This document shows, piece by piece, positions 9,989 through 21,200 of a DNA stretch of 64,000 nucleotides; the first letter of the stretch is position 1, and every line of letters begins with the position of its first letter. The position numbers and the translations under genes were made by a program. A model generated the notes under the pieces. The model was given only the letters and a program-made list of their open reading frames with translations, was not told where the DNA came from and did not search any database. This DNA comes from Candidatus Helarchaeota archaeon (GTDB taxonomy: Archaea > Asgardarchaeota > Lokiarchaeia > Helarchaeales > RDOG01): positions 1,041,432 through 1,105,431 of the forward strand of contig JAHPZH010000001.1 of assembly GCA_019058315.1 (NCBI GenBank). Direction: 5' to 3'.

Positions 9989-11746
9989 TTGGAAGCCAAA
10001 TTTGAAAAGATAAAGAAAAAATGGCTTGAAATCTGGCCTAAAGCTCTCCTCACTTGGTCAAGATATATTATTTTAAGAGAGCCTATATTTCTTTTTAATT
10101 TGAAAGAAGTAAAAAGAGTAGGCATGGGTGATAATATTGCAGCAGTATCAATGGCAGACTTGGGTATACATGTAAATCTCCCAAAAATCGTTAATCTTGG
10201 TTTGGAAGATTGTGGCCATATAATACTTGCCCATGAAATTGGACATCATGTTCTTTGTCCTAATAGTCTAGTGAATATGGCAAGGCTAGTAAATATAATG
10301 CAACCAGTTTTTGGGAATATTGAACAAACTAGGATGATGGAAAATCTATATGGAGATTTGTTAATTAATGATAGATTATATCTCTCGCGAAAGCTTCCGA
10401 TTCCTAATGTTTATAAGCTAATGATGAAAAATGATGCTACATTACATGCCGATTTACTTTGGAAATTTTATATGAGAGTATATGAAACAATGTGGTATTT
10501 ACCACGTGGAAGTTTGGCAGGGAAAAACATAACAAAAAATATGGATATGGATGCTGGTATAGCTACGAGGATAATACGAATTTTTGCAAATCGTTGGATG
10601 AGGGCAGCGAAAAAAATCGCATATGTATTTCAACCATATTTTCCGCCCCTTGAAAAAATGAAACAAGCTTTAATGCCTAATTTAGATACAGAAGTTCCAG
10701 GTGAAGGTGCGGAAGGAAAAATTTATGGTTTGACGCAGATAGATCAAGATGAACTTGATGCTGCAGCAGATGAGGGTCCCTTTCCAATAGATTTACCCTC
10801 TCTAGATGAAATAAAAGAAGCAGAAATTGCTGAAGCAAAGAATAAAGCAGGTAAACCAGGAGGAGGACAACATCGTACCCCTGCTCAATATGGTCAAATT
10901 CTCAAGAATATTGGATTAAAGCTTAAACCTAATGAGGAAATTATAAAATATTATAAAGAATTAGCTAGTCCAAATCTAATACCACTTCCTAAAGTTAAGC
11001 GACCCGGAGGTGGTGATGCTTATCCAGAGGCAACTGATATTTGGTATATTGGAGAAGAACATGAAAAACTCGATTGGCCTGCGACTATTTTTGAGTCTCC
11101 AATAATATTTCCAAATTTAACAACCAGAAAGAGAATGTGGGCAGAAGATAAAGGATCAAAACTAACTAAGATGCCTGTAGATCTTGATATTTACATCGAT
11201 AGTTCCGGAAGCATGCCAAATCCTAGAACTGCAGTATCTTATCTTACCCTAGCTGGTGTAATTCTTGCTTTAAGTGCATTAAGAGCGGGAGCGAAAGCTC
11301 AAGTCACTGTATGGAGCGGTTATGGGCAATTTGCAAGCACCCAAGGTAAAGGTGGTTTTATCAATGATGAAAAGATTCTTTTAACAATGCTGTGTAAATA
11401 TTTTGGTGATGGTACAGGGTTTCCATTAAATGTTCTTCGTAACACATATAATGAACGAAAACCTGAGGATCCACCTGCCCATATTATTGTTATTTCAGAT
11501 GATGGTGTTGATACAATGCTTTTAAACGATGAAAAGGGAAAATCAGGTAAAAAGATCTCACAAGAATCGCTTGATTCTGCTCGTGGTGGAGGTACTCTAC
11601 TTCTTAATCTTCCATCACAAGTAAACAGTTATTCAAGAATTTTAGATTTAAAAAAACTTGGTTATGAAATATATAGGGTAACAAATTGGAACCAACTTGT
11701 AGATTTTGCCCGAGATTTTTCTGTAAAAACATATGGAGATTTATAA
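9989..11746 (+). CDS. HEXXH metallopeptidase-like + vWA domain protein
   Basis: LAHEIGHH; MIDAS YIDSSGSM, GDGT, VISDDG. Confidence 0.85.
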   Translation: MEAKFEKIKKKWLEIWPKALLTWSRYIILREPIFLFNLKEVKRVGMGDNIAAVSMADLGIHVNLPKIVNLGLEDCGHIILAHEIGHHVLCPNSLVNMARLVNIMQPVFGNIEQTRMMENLYGDLLINDRLYLSRKLPIPNVYKLMMKNDATLHADLLWKFYMRVYETMWYLPRGSLAGKNITKNMDMDAGIATRIIRIFANRWMRAAKKIAYVFQPYFPPLEKMKQALMPNLDTEVPGEGAEGKIYGLTQIDQDELDAAADEGPFPIDLPSLDEIKEAEIAEAKNKAGKPGGGQHRTPAQYGQILKNIGLKLKPNEEIIKYYKELASPNLIPLPKVKRPGGGDAYPEATDIWYIGEEHEKLDWPATIFESPIIFPNLTTRKRMWAEDKGSKLTKMPVDLDIYIDSSGSMPNPRTAVSYLTLAGVILALSALRAGAKAQVTVWSGYGQFASTQGKGGFINDEKILLTMLCKYFGDGTGFPLNVLRNTYNERKPEDPPAHIIVISDDGVDTMLLNDEKGKSGKKISQESLDSARGGGTLLLNLPSQVNSYSRILDLKKLGYEIYRVTNWNQLVDFARDFSVKTYGDL

Positions 11747-12326
11747 GATGGAGAAAATTGAGTTAAAATTCCTGAAAGATGCAGTTTCACAGCTCCCTGA
11801 AGCATTTTCGCCCGAATCCTCTCCTGCTTTAGCTCATGATAATCTTATAGCAGTAAGTTATGATTTTTTAAATTATGAATTAGAAGTTCCAGCGAAACTT
11901 AAAAATTTTAAAAAAGTTTTTTCCCGTATCCCAAAAAATCAACGCGCAATTTATCTAATAGAAATAGGAATTCTTTCAAATAATGATGTTTTACCAATTT
12001 TTAAAGCTGCTATAAAAAAGAAATCAGTGGGTGACTTTTATATTATATCCTCAATAGCTGAGATAGCAAAAAGTTTAGCCGATATTGTTCCACCCGAAAA
12101 CTTCATTAGTGATCCTGAAAGGGCAGAAGAAATTGTGAGAAAACTTACTAAAACATTTGGAATTAAGATTGCAGGTGAAACTGAGTCAGAAAGTGAATCA
12201 AGACTTCTTCAAGTGGATTCTTTAGAGTTAAAAAATGTTAAAGATCAAATCGAGGCAAAAATTCGAAAAGCCCTTGAGGAAGCTCGAAGAAAAGCAAAAG
12301 CTGCTGCCAAAGTAACGAGAGAGTGA
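11733..12326 (+). CDS. Hypothetical helical protein of the MoxR-vWA cluster
   Basis: Overlaps or abuts the vWA stop; C-terminal coiled coil ending AAAKVTRE. Confidence 0.75.
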   Translation: MEIYKMEKIELKFLKDAVSQLPEAFSPESSPALAHDNLIAVSYDFLNYELEVPAKLKNFKKVFSRIPKNQRAIYLIEIGILSNNDVLPIFKAAIKKKSVGDFYIISSIAEIAKSLADIVPPENFISDPERAEEIVRKLTKTFGIKIAGETESESESRLLQVDSLELKNVKDQIEAKIRKALEEARRKAKAAAKVTRE

Positions 12327-12359
12327 AAATAATGCGCTCTAATTCGTTGAGAGGGTTAA

Positions 12360-12908
12360 ATGGTTAAAATAGACAGAATTTCGAATGAACACGAAAAACA
12401 CACGATTCGAGAATTAAAAAAGAAATATAATTTATCAGATAAAGATTATAATATTGATGAAAGAGGACATGTAATTAAAATTAGTTTATCTAATAAAAAT
12501 TTAGAGAAGATACCTGATTTTATTAATGAATTAAAGCAATTAAAAATATTAAATCTTAGTCATAATAAAATTTCAAAGATAGAAGGTTTGAATAATCTAT
12601 CGAAACTTAAAAAATTGAATTTGCATGCAAATATCATCACACATATAAGTGGTTTGGAGAATTTAATTCAATTAAAAGACATAAATCTTCTCCGAAATCA
12701 GATTAATAAGATAGAAGGGTTAGATAATCTTACTCGATTACAACGATTGAATCTTTACAATAATCAGATCAAGAAATTAGAAGGGTTAGGTAATCTTACG
12801 CAATTATCAGAACTACAACTTAGTAATAATCCCTTATTAGATGAAGATAAAAAAATATATGAAAAGGGCTTAAAAACAATAATTGAATATTGTAAAAAAA
12901 ATGAATAA
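12360..12908 (+). CDS. Leucine-rich repeat protein (SDS22-like)
   Basis: 22-aa repeats LxxLxxLNLxxNxIxKIEGL. Confidence 0.9.
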   Translation: MVKIDRISNEHEKHTIRELKKKYNLSDKDYNIDERGHVIKISLSNKNLEKIPDFINELKQLKILNLSHNKISKIEGLNNLSKLKKLNLHANIITHISGLENLIQLKDINLLRNQINKIEGLDNLTRLQRLNLYNNQIKKLEGLGNLTQLSELQLSNNPLLDEDKKIYEKGLKTIIEYCKKNE

Positions 12909-12956
12909 TAAAAAATAAAAATCAAAAAAAGGACAAGATAAGGAAGTCAGATTTGA

Positions 12957-13124
12957 ATGGCTAAAAAAGTAAAAATAATAGAGAAACTCGATTATCCTGC
13001 GGACTTAGAAGAAGCTATGAACGCTTTCTTAAAAGGAGTTGGAAACGTTATTGACATACAATACACTGTTTTCATCACTCCAGACAAAAAAGCATACTAC
13101 CAAGCATATATTTTGTATGAGTGA
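12957..13124 (+). CDS. 55-aa small protein, Cse60/DUF2758-like (below ORF-track cutoff)
   Basis: MAKKVKIIEKLDYPADLEEAMNAFLKGVGNVIDIQYTVFITPDKKAYYQAYILYE; VKI..DLEE..N.FL..VIDIQY..AxILY pattern. Confidence 0.7.
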   Translation: MAKKVKIIEKLDYPADLEEAMNAFLKGVGNVIDIQYTVFITPDKKAYYQAYILYE

Positions 13125-13200
13125 TAATGAAAGAACTATCCCTAAGGAACAAACCTTAAATCTCTTCTAACCTTTCTTTATTTCTTAAATAAATTTAAAT

Positions 13201-13671
13201 GTGAAAAATATGGAAGAATCTAAACTTTTTAAGCAAATCAACCAAATTGGAATTGTCACAACGAATTTAGAAAAAGCTATAGAGAAATACGAAAAAGTAC
13301 TTGGAATAGGTCCTTGGAATATTTTAGATCGTAAAAATCAGACTGCTATATATAATGATAAAGAAATAACATTCTCTACAAAAACAGCCTTAGCTTGGTT
13401 TGGTTCTATACAAATGGAAATAAATCATGTTTATGAAGGTGAGACGGCTCATTTGGATTGGATAAGAAGACGTGGTGAAGGGTTCCACCATTTTGGAGTA
13501 TTTGTTGATGACCTAGATGAAGCTTTAAAAAAACTTGAACCTTTAGGAATTAAATGCTTCTTCCGGGTCACAACGGCAGGAGTGACCGCTGCGTATTTAG
13601 ATACAGAAAAGATATTCGGATACGTTTATGAATTTATATCATTACCAAAGAGAAAAAAAAGAAAGAAATAG
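13201..13671 (+). CDS. VOC/glyoxalase family protein (methylmalonyl-CoA epimerase-like)
   Basis: NQIGIV, QMEIN, GEGFHHFG, YEFI. Confidence 0.85.
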   Translation: MKNMEESKLFKQINQIGIVTTNLEKAIEKYEKVLGIGPWNILDRKNQTAIYNDKEITFSTKTALAWFGSIQMEINHVYEGETAHLDWIRRRGEGFHHFGVFVDDLDEALKKLEPLGIKCFFRVTTAGVTAAYLDTEKIFGYVYEFISLPKRKKRKK

Positions 13672-13680
13672 TGAATTTTA

Positions 13681-15042
13681 ATGGATCTCGATGAAATTAA
13701 AGAGCATAAACATGGTCCTAAATGGAACTCTGAAGCTTCTGATATGCTTGATGAGGGAATGATTGATGAGATTGCTGAATTTACTGAAGATTTAGATGAA
13801 TTTACAAGAAATATGGAATCTCGAAGTATATATTTAAAAGATAATATTCCTAAATTGTTAGATTATGCTAAACGGCATATACAATATATTAAAGAATTAA
13901 ATATACCAGAATCAAATAAATTGATTGATTTCCCAACAACAGATCGCTCTATTCTTGCCTCTTATCCTTGGAAACTTGTTCCGGATGATCTGGATTATTC
14001 AGGATTAATAGTGTATAATACAGCTGGCACGACAGGAGAACCTGTAAGTGTACCTCAACATCCTATTAGTGTAGCAGCTTATTGTAATTTACTATTACGA
14101 GCTCTTTCCTTTTGGGGAATTGAACATGAATTTTTACCAGAAAAAGTAGGAATTGCACTAGTAGGATTTCAAAAATATACTATTACATTTCCCTGTATAT
14201 TAAAATCTTTAAATAATACTATTTTTTTAAAAATTAACCTGAACGAGGAAGATTGGCGGGATGCTTATGATGGTTATCGCTTTCTTTCTGATGTGAAACC
14301 GGAAATTTTAACCGGAGATCCCCTGTCCTTTTCAAAGTTAGCACATCTTGGTGATCAAATTAAATATCCGCCAATTCGACCTAAAGCATTGATTACAACT
14401 GCAGTTGCTCTTTCTGATGGAGTTAGAAAAAGACTTGAAGAAGCTTTTCAAGCCCCAGTTATTGATTGGTATTCTTTGACAGAAACAGGTCCAATTGGCT
14501 ATAAATGCAAATTAGGCCATGGATATCACGTTTTATCTCACGATATCGAAATTGAAATTCTTGATAAAACAGGAAATCCTTGTAAACCAGAAGAAGTTGG
14601 TGAAATCACAGTATCTGGTGGTAGAAATCCTTATTTTCCTTTAATTAGATATAGAACTGGTGATTATGGGAAACTAAATTTTGAAATTTGCCCTTGTGGT
14701 GATCCCATGCCTAGAATTTTCAACTTAGAAGGACGTGAACCAGTTCAATTCTTCACAATAGATAAAAAAATTATTAATAATGCAGATATTTCAGCAGTCC
14801 TAAAACCTTTTCCTATCATTCAATTCACATTTCATCAAGATTCTAAAGGTGCTTGCGAACTTAAAGTAAAATTTGCGAGTGGTGTTCAACAACCTTCAAA
14901 AGAAGAATTGAGAGAGGTAATTTGTGAAGTAATGGGAAAAAATATTTCATTAAATGTTATAATTGACCCTAATTTAGGGGAGAGAAGATCTAGTGGTAAA
15001 GTTATACCTTTCTCAGCTGATATTCCGCTCTTTTATGAATGA
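13681..15042 (+). CDS. Phenylacetate-CoA ligase/CapK-like adenylate-forming enzyme
   Basis: NTAGTTGEP, YSLTETG, PLIRYRTGD, CPCG..EGR. Confidence 0.85.
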   Translation: MDLDEIKEHKHGPKWNSEASDMLDEGMIDEIAEFTEDLDEFTRNMESRSIYLKDNIPKLLDYAKRHIQYIKELNIPESNKLIDFPTTDRSILASYPWKLVPDDLDYSGLIVYNTAGTTGEPVSVPQHPISVAAYCNLLLRALSFWGIEHEFLPEKVGIALVGFQKYTITFPCILKSLNNTIFLKINLNEEDWRDAYDGYRFLSDVKPEILTGDPLSFSKLAHLGDQIKYPPIRPKALITTAVALSDGVRKRLEEAFQAPVIDWYSLTETGPIGYKCKLGHGYHVLSHDIEIEILDKTGNPCKPEEVGEITVSGGRNPYFPLIRYRTGDYGKLNFEICPCGDPMPRIFNLEGREPVQFFTIDKKIINNADISAVLKPFPIIQFTFHQDSKGACELKVKFASGVQQPSKEELREVICEVMGKNISLNVIIDPNLGERRSSGKVIPFSADIPLFYE

Positions 15043-15101
15043 AATAAAAAAAGTTCTTTATAATTTAATCGTTAAAGATTAATAATTTTAAAGGTGATTT
15101 T

Positions 15102-15680
15102 ATGGAAAAAGATAAAATTAGTAAGGAAGAAACTCATCTAATTGCACCATGTGGAATCTATTGTGGTGCATGCGATTCATTCTTGGGAAAAAGTAAAAAA
15201 TTAGCTTCTGAACTATATAAAATCCTCGAAGGTTTTAATTTAACAGATGTAGGTCCTGTATTTTTAGGAGCTACTCAAAAACAAATAAAAACCTTCTTAA
15301 AATTGTTAAAGAAAATAGGTAAAAATCCAAAATGCCTAGGTTGTTTAGGAGGAGGAGGAAATCCTATGTGTCCAATGAAATTGTGCACAAAGAAAAAAGG
15401 TATTTTAACTTGTGCTGAATGTGATGAAATGCCATGTCCTCCAAATGATGCCGACTTAGAAAATCCTTTGATGAGTAAAGCAGGTATGTTGCATTTAATC
15501 AGTAGGCGTTATAATAAGTGGAATATTGAAAATTTAAAAAAGATTAAGAAGGATGGATATCGAAAGTTAATTGATGAAATGCAAGAAAAAGTTAGAGATG
15601 GATTTCTGACAAGCGATGTAATATCAAAAGAAAAAATTTTTACTGAAGTCATGGAGAAAATGGAAAAAAAGAAAAAATAA
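15102..15680 (+). CDS. DUF3795-like Cys-rich protein
   Basis: IAPCGIYCGAC, CLGC, CPMKLC, CAECDEMPC. Confidence 0.8.
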   Translation: MEKDKISKEETHLIAPCGIYCGACDSFLGKSKKLASELYKILEGFNLTDVGPVFLGATQKQIKTFLKLLKKIGKNPKCLGCLGGGGNPMCPMKLCTKKKGILTCAECDEMPCPPNDADLENPLMSKAGMLHLISRRYNKWNIENLKKIKKDGYRKLIDEMQEKVRDGFLTSDVISKEKIFTEVMEKMEKKKK

Positions 15681-15730
15681 ATAATAATAAATATAATTAC
15701 AGATATATTTCGACTAAAAATGGTGAATAA

Positions 15731-16486
15731 TTGACAATCACAGCATATCATGATTCTCCTTATGAGGGACGCCCTCATCGATATTATTTTGCTATAACAA
15801 ATGATTGTAATAGAGCATGTCCTTGGTGTAGCACATATTCATCCCCTGGAAAAAAAACATATTTATTAAAAGAAAAATTTATTCATTTACTTCCTAAAGA
15901 AGGATCATTCGAAATTCAATTCGAAGGGGGCGAACCGACTCTTCATCCTGATTTATTTTGGATGATCAAGCAATCTCGTGAAACAAGAAGATGTAACAGA
16001 GTTGTTCTTTGTACAAATGGTGTAGTATTTCCTTTTTTGTATCGAAATAATCGAATAGATAATAAGAAATCAAAGTCATCACTTAAAAACTATTTTTTAA
16101 AAATGGGACATCCTTTAACCATTAAATTAAGTTTAAATCATCATCTCTATGAGCATGATAAATTGATTTTTGAAAAAGCTAAATTGGTTGTGGATGTTTT
16201 CGAAGATCTAAGAGCCATTGGGGATTTTAAAATTATTTTAAATGTTAGACGTCGAAATAATCGAAAATATAATTATGATAAGTTAATTTTAGAACATTTA
16301 TCTCATTATGCACTTGAACCATATACAAATATATTTTTTCTTCAAGCATATGGGAAAAATAAAAATAATAAACTCGCAGAAAAGCCGTTTCTTGTAGGAT
16401 ATAATTTCACCTTATTCAATCCAGATGGAAAATCCTTTGGCAATGATTTAATTTCAAGATCTGAGGCAATGAAAGAACTTCCTTGA
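15731..16486 (+). CDS. Radical SAM protein
   Basis: CNRACPWC, EGGEPTLH, TNG. Confidence 0.9.
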   Translation: MTITAYHDSPYEGRPHRYYFAITNDCNRACPWCSTYSSPGKKTYLLKEKFIHLLPKEGSFEIQFEGGEPTLHPDLFWMIKQSRETRRCNRVVLCTNGVVFPFLYRNNRIDNKKSKSSLKNYFLKMGHPLTIKLSLNHHLYEHDKLIFEKAKLVVDVFEDLRAIGDFKIILNVRRRNNRKYNYDKLILEHLSHYALEPYTNIFFLQAYGKNKNNKLAEKPFLVGYNFTLFNPDGKSFGNDLISRSEAMKELP

Positions 16487-16496
16487 GAGATTATAA

Positions 16497-17591
16497 ATGA
16501 TTACAAGTCAAAAATTTAATAGTATAAATCCAGAATATCGGCAATATAAACAGACAATTTTTGACTTAAGAACAAATAGTACAACTAAATCATTAATAAA
16601 TTGGAATGTTAATGGTAAAACTTACAAAGTTTATTCAAATGTTAATCTCTCAATATATTCGGGACAAGAATGTAATGGAAATTGTTCTTTTTGTGTAGAA
16701 CAGCTACGACCTTTAAGTCGTGGAAGAACTTTGAAATCTCAGAAAATCCAAATTTCGGATGATAAAAAATACTTTAAATTATTGGAGGCAACATTAAGAG
16801 AAACAAAGCAATTAAAGCCGAGTATTTCAATCACAGGTGGCGAACCAAGCAAAGATCATCGATTAAATAAGATTCTTAAATATATAACAAAATATAATAT
16901 GCGTAAACGTACAATGACAACAAATGGTTCGGGTCTATTAAATGTGGATCCCGGGACTAACCTAAAAGTAATAGACCTTTTAGCTCTTGCAAAATTATCT
17001 CATTTAAATTTAAGTCGAGCTCATTATGATGATGAAATTAATCACAAGATTATGGATTTGGATGAATTTTTCAGTAATAAAAAATTGAAGGCGATTATTG
17101 TTAGAGCTAAAATGGGAGGTATTAGACCTCGTTTATCTTGCGTTCTTTTAAAAGGAAACGTTGATAACACCCGAGAAATAATTAAATATTTAGATTGGGC
17201 AGCCTCAATGGGTGTTGATAATGTCGTATTTCGACAATTAATGCAATTTGATCATAAAACTCATCTTAAAAACCGAATTACCCGATTTTGTCAAGATTTT
17301 TTTGTTCCACTTGCACCATTACTACAAGAAATTTATCAAGATGAATTTTATCATAAACCAAATTTTTCATTTATCAAACAGGTAATGGGTTATTATTATT
17401 ATGTAGAAGTTTTTCGTTATAAAAAATCTGGGCAGAAAGGAATTGATGTTGTTTTTGAAGAAGCTGATCTTTCATTCATTGAATTAAGAAAACAAAACAA
17501 TATTGAGAATCGAATTATTTATGAACTTATTTTCCATCCAAATGGTCATTTATGTTCAACTTGGCAACCATGGGACGGAATAATACTTTAG
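16497..17591 (+). CDS. Radical SAM protein
   Basis: CNGNCSFC, ITGGEPS, TTNGSG, NLSRAHY. Confidence 0.9.
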   Translation: MITSQKFNSINPEYRQYKQTIFDLRTNSTTKSLINWNVNGKTYKVYSNVNLSIYSGQECNGNCSFCVEQLRPLSRGRTLKSQKIQISDDKKYFKLLEATLRETKQLKPSISITGGEPSKDHRLNKILKYITKYNMRKRTMTTNGSGLLNVDPGTNLKVIDLLALAKLSHLNLSRAHYDDEINHKIMDLDEFFSNKKLKAIIVRAKMGGIRPRLSCVLLKGNVDNTREIIKYLDWAASMGVDNVVFRQLMQFDHKTHLKNRITRFCQDFFVPLAPLLQEIYQDEFYHKPNFSFIKQVMGYYYYVEVFRYKKSGQKGIDVVFEEADLSFIELRKQNNIENRIIYELIFHPNGHLCSTWQPWDGIIL

Positions 17592-17599
17592 GTCATTAA

Positions 17600-17917
17600 T
17601 TAATATTTTTCTCCCTGTTTCCAATACATTACTTTTTCAAATGACTTTCGTTGTGCTAAAATTTCTTCTTGGCTTTTTCCTCGCTTCTCTAATTCCTCTA
17701 CCCAATCAATTATTAAAAGTTCAAACGCATCTTGTAGTGTAGTAATTTCGTTTTTATATTGTTTTATTTCCTCATCTTTTTTACTTAAATCTTGATTAAG
17801 ATCATCGATTTTTTTTTGTAATTTTTTTGTTTTACTAATTTCATCATATAATTTTTTAGTTAGGCTTTTCCGGATCTTCTCCAATTCTTGCTCTAGAACC
17901 TTAAATTTTTCTTCCAA
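17600..17917 (-). CDS. Coiled-coil hypothetical protein
   Basis: 105 aa, heptad repeats. Confidence 0.65.
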   Translation of the reverse strand: MEEKFKVLEQELEKIRKSLTKKLYDEISKTKKLQKKIDDLNQDLSKKDEEIKQYKNEITTLQDAFELLIIDWVEELEKRGKSQEEILAQRKSFEKVMYWKQGEKY

Positions 17918-18265
17918 TATGATTAAACTCTCAATAATTTTTCAAATAGAAGATTTGAATTATAGATAGTATTAATTTTATATTAAATTACCTATATTTC
18001 CAAATTCTAATTTTAATGAAATAAAAGTCGAAATCATGGTCACAAATGGTGTTAATAATTTACCAACTGGTCTAATAACTTTTGGAAGATCAGATGATTA
18101 AGTTCAATATAATCTCTATATTTTTTTTATAACAAATTTCTAATTTGGAATAATCGGACAGTATAAGCTGGGAATTATTGGACTATATTATTTTTTATAA
18201 CATTAAAAAGTTCTATATCATTTAAAGTATTATTGCATCGATTTCGAATTTCAAAGGTGAATTTT

Positions 18266-21200
18266 ATGAAAAAAAATAATTTCAGTTCAAAATCACTAAT
18301 TTTACTAGTAATCTTTTCATTAAGTTTCACGCTTCTTTATTCAAACTCATCAAATAATCTATCTTTATGGAGTTTTACACAATTAATAAATAAAATTAAC
18401 AATTTTGAAGATTCAAATATTTTTACAAATGAAGATTTAAAATGGGTTAATAACGGAACTCCAATATGTACTGAAGATTATTCTCAATCGGGAGCAAAGA
18501 TTTGCAGTGATGGTGATGGGGGTGTAATTATAATATGGTCTGATGGTAGAGATTCCAATACTGATATTTATGCACAGCGGCTTAATTCAAGTGGGATCGC
18601 GCAATGGACGCCTAATGGTACTCCTATATGCCAATTTAGTGGAGGTCAGACACAGCTCCAAATTTGTAGTGATGGAAATGGTGGGGCAATAATTACTTGG
18701 ACTGATTATAGAGATGGAGCTAATACTGATATTTATGCCCAACGGATAGATTCAAATGGAGTCGTTAATTGGACTATAAACGGAATACCTATATGCAAGG
18801 AAGATGATGCCCAACATCAGCCCGAAATTTGTAGTGATGGCGCTGGAGGTGCAATTATAGTATGGCAAGATGGCAGACCTGGAGGAGCTAATGATGATAT
18901 TTATGCACAGCGAATAAATTCAAATGGTATTGCACTTTGGACTCCCAATGGAACTCTAATATGTGATCAAATTAATTATCAAAGAAACCCAGAGATTTGT
19001 AGTGATGGGGTTGGAGGTGCAATTTTTACATGGGAAGATGAAAGAAATGGGGGCGGTATAAGAGATATTTATGCACAAAGGATCGACTCAACTGGTTTCG
19101 TACTGTGGTTAGCAAATGGAATATCAATATGTACAGAGATTAATAATCAATATTATCCAGAAATTTGTAGTGATGACAATGGAGGCGCAATTATAACATG
19201 GGAAGATCATCGTATTACTTCTTCAAATCGTGATATTTATGCACACAAAGTTGATTCTATGGGGAATTTATTATGGACTGATAATGGCACACCAATTTGC
19301 ACAACAAGTAACAATCAATATTCTCCTAAACTATGCAGCGATGATGATGGAGGCGCAATTATAACATGGGAGGATGAAAGAGTAGGCACGAAAGACATTT
19401 ACGCACAAAGAATTAATTCTAGTGAGGCTGTTATGTGGACTAGCAATGGTGCAAATATCTGTACAGCAATCAATTCTCAAGAAAGTCCTTCAATTAGTTC
19501 CGATGGAGCTGGAGGCGCAATTATAGCATGGACAGATTGGAGAAATGGTACAGAAATGGATATTTATGCTCAACAAATAAATTCAACTGGAGCTGTACAA
19601 TGGACTATGGATGGTATACCAATATGTACTTTTAATTATAATCAAATGGGTAGTTTTGTTTTCTCCAAAGCTGGCGAAGCATTTATAACATGGGCTGATA
19701 GAAGAACTGGGACTTTATATGATGATCTTTATGCACAGCATGTAGTATTTGATGAGATTCCTCCAAGTATTACTGTATATTCACCTCCTGGAAATTATTA
19801 TAATAGCCCTCCTGTAATGGATGTGGATTTTAATGATGATTATAATTTGGATGATGCATATTATAAAGTAGATTCTTTCACTCCTTCTGGTACTAATACA
19901 ACAGGATGGAATACCATTTTTACTAATAATGATGGAAATACCAATACGACAGATTTTACAATGGCAACTTCAATATGGACTTCATTAACTCAAGGATTAC
20001 ATACAGTTTATTTTAAAGCTTGGGATGATGTTAATAATGTAAATGATGGATCTTCTCCTTCTTGGCAATTTTATAAAGATACACAAGCTCCGAGTATTAC
20101 AGTCAATATGCTGGGTGGGAATACTTACACATCCGCTCCTGTTATGGATGTAGATTTTTTAGATGCTTTTTCACTTGATGATGGATATTACCGAGTAGAC
20201 TCATATAACCCTCAGGGCACCAATCCAACTGATTGGACAGAAATTTTCACAAATCTTGCCAATGATAGTTATACTTCAAACTTTACAATGTCAAGTTCTG
20301 TATGGAATTCATTAACTCAAGGATCACACACAGTTTATTTTAAAGCTTGGGATGATGTTAATAATGTAAATGATGGATCTTCTCCCTCTTGGCAATTTTA
20401 CAAAGATACTAATGCTCCAGACATTATTATCAATACTGGATCTGGTAATTATTATAATTCACCTCCAAGTATGGATGTAGACTTCAATGATTCAATATCT
20501 CTTGATGATGGTTACTATAAAGTCAATTCTTGGGTTCCAAGTGATTTTATAACTACTGGTTGGTATGAAGTTTTTAATAATTATGGAGGATCCACTTATA
20601 CAATAGATTTTACAATGAATGGGTCTCTTTGGAATACTCTTAATGAGGGATCAAACACGGTTTATTTTAAAGCTTGGGACGACGAGGGAAATATTAATAA
20701 TGGTTCTTCTCCATCTTGGCAATTTTATAAAGATATAACTGATCCTTATTTTTCATTTATAACCCCTTCTGGTAATTATTATAATTACGAAATACCCAGT
20801 ATTCTTGTAGATCTCAAAGATAACTTAAATTTATCTTGGGTATATTACCAAATAGATAATGATCAACCAAAAGATGCTGATTTAACAAATTGGACAGTAA
20901 TTTTTATCGATTTGTCATCAAATGATACAGTAATCAATTTTGGAGTAAATAATACTATTTTTAATTCCTTAAGTGAAGGCTCCCATAATTTATATATCAA
21001 AATAAGTGATGATGCAGGTAATATTAATGATACTAACCTTGAATATTTCCAATTTTGGAAGGATACTACACCTCCTACAATTACAGTTAATTCTCCACAA
21101 GGAAATTATTATAATTCAACTCCGTATATGGATATGGATTTCAATGATAATTATTTACTTGATGATGCATATTACAAAGTAGATTCTTGGTCTCCAAATG

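Noticed and set aside
15731-17591. Viperin-like antiviral radical SAM
   Set aside because: Lacks the NxHxxxxCNxxCxFCF signature and other viperin motifs
18233-18265. ORF-track N-terminal extension of the surface protein (likewise 57594-57629 for the histone)
   Set aside because: Downstream ATGs have SD-like sites and give a proper signal peptide or paralog-matched start
19981-20408. Possible DGR template/variable repeat pair
   Set aside because: Both copies are in-frame internal domain repeats with only a few mostly synonymous differences; no reverse transcriptase in the window
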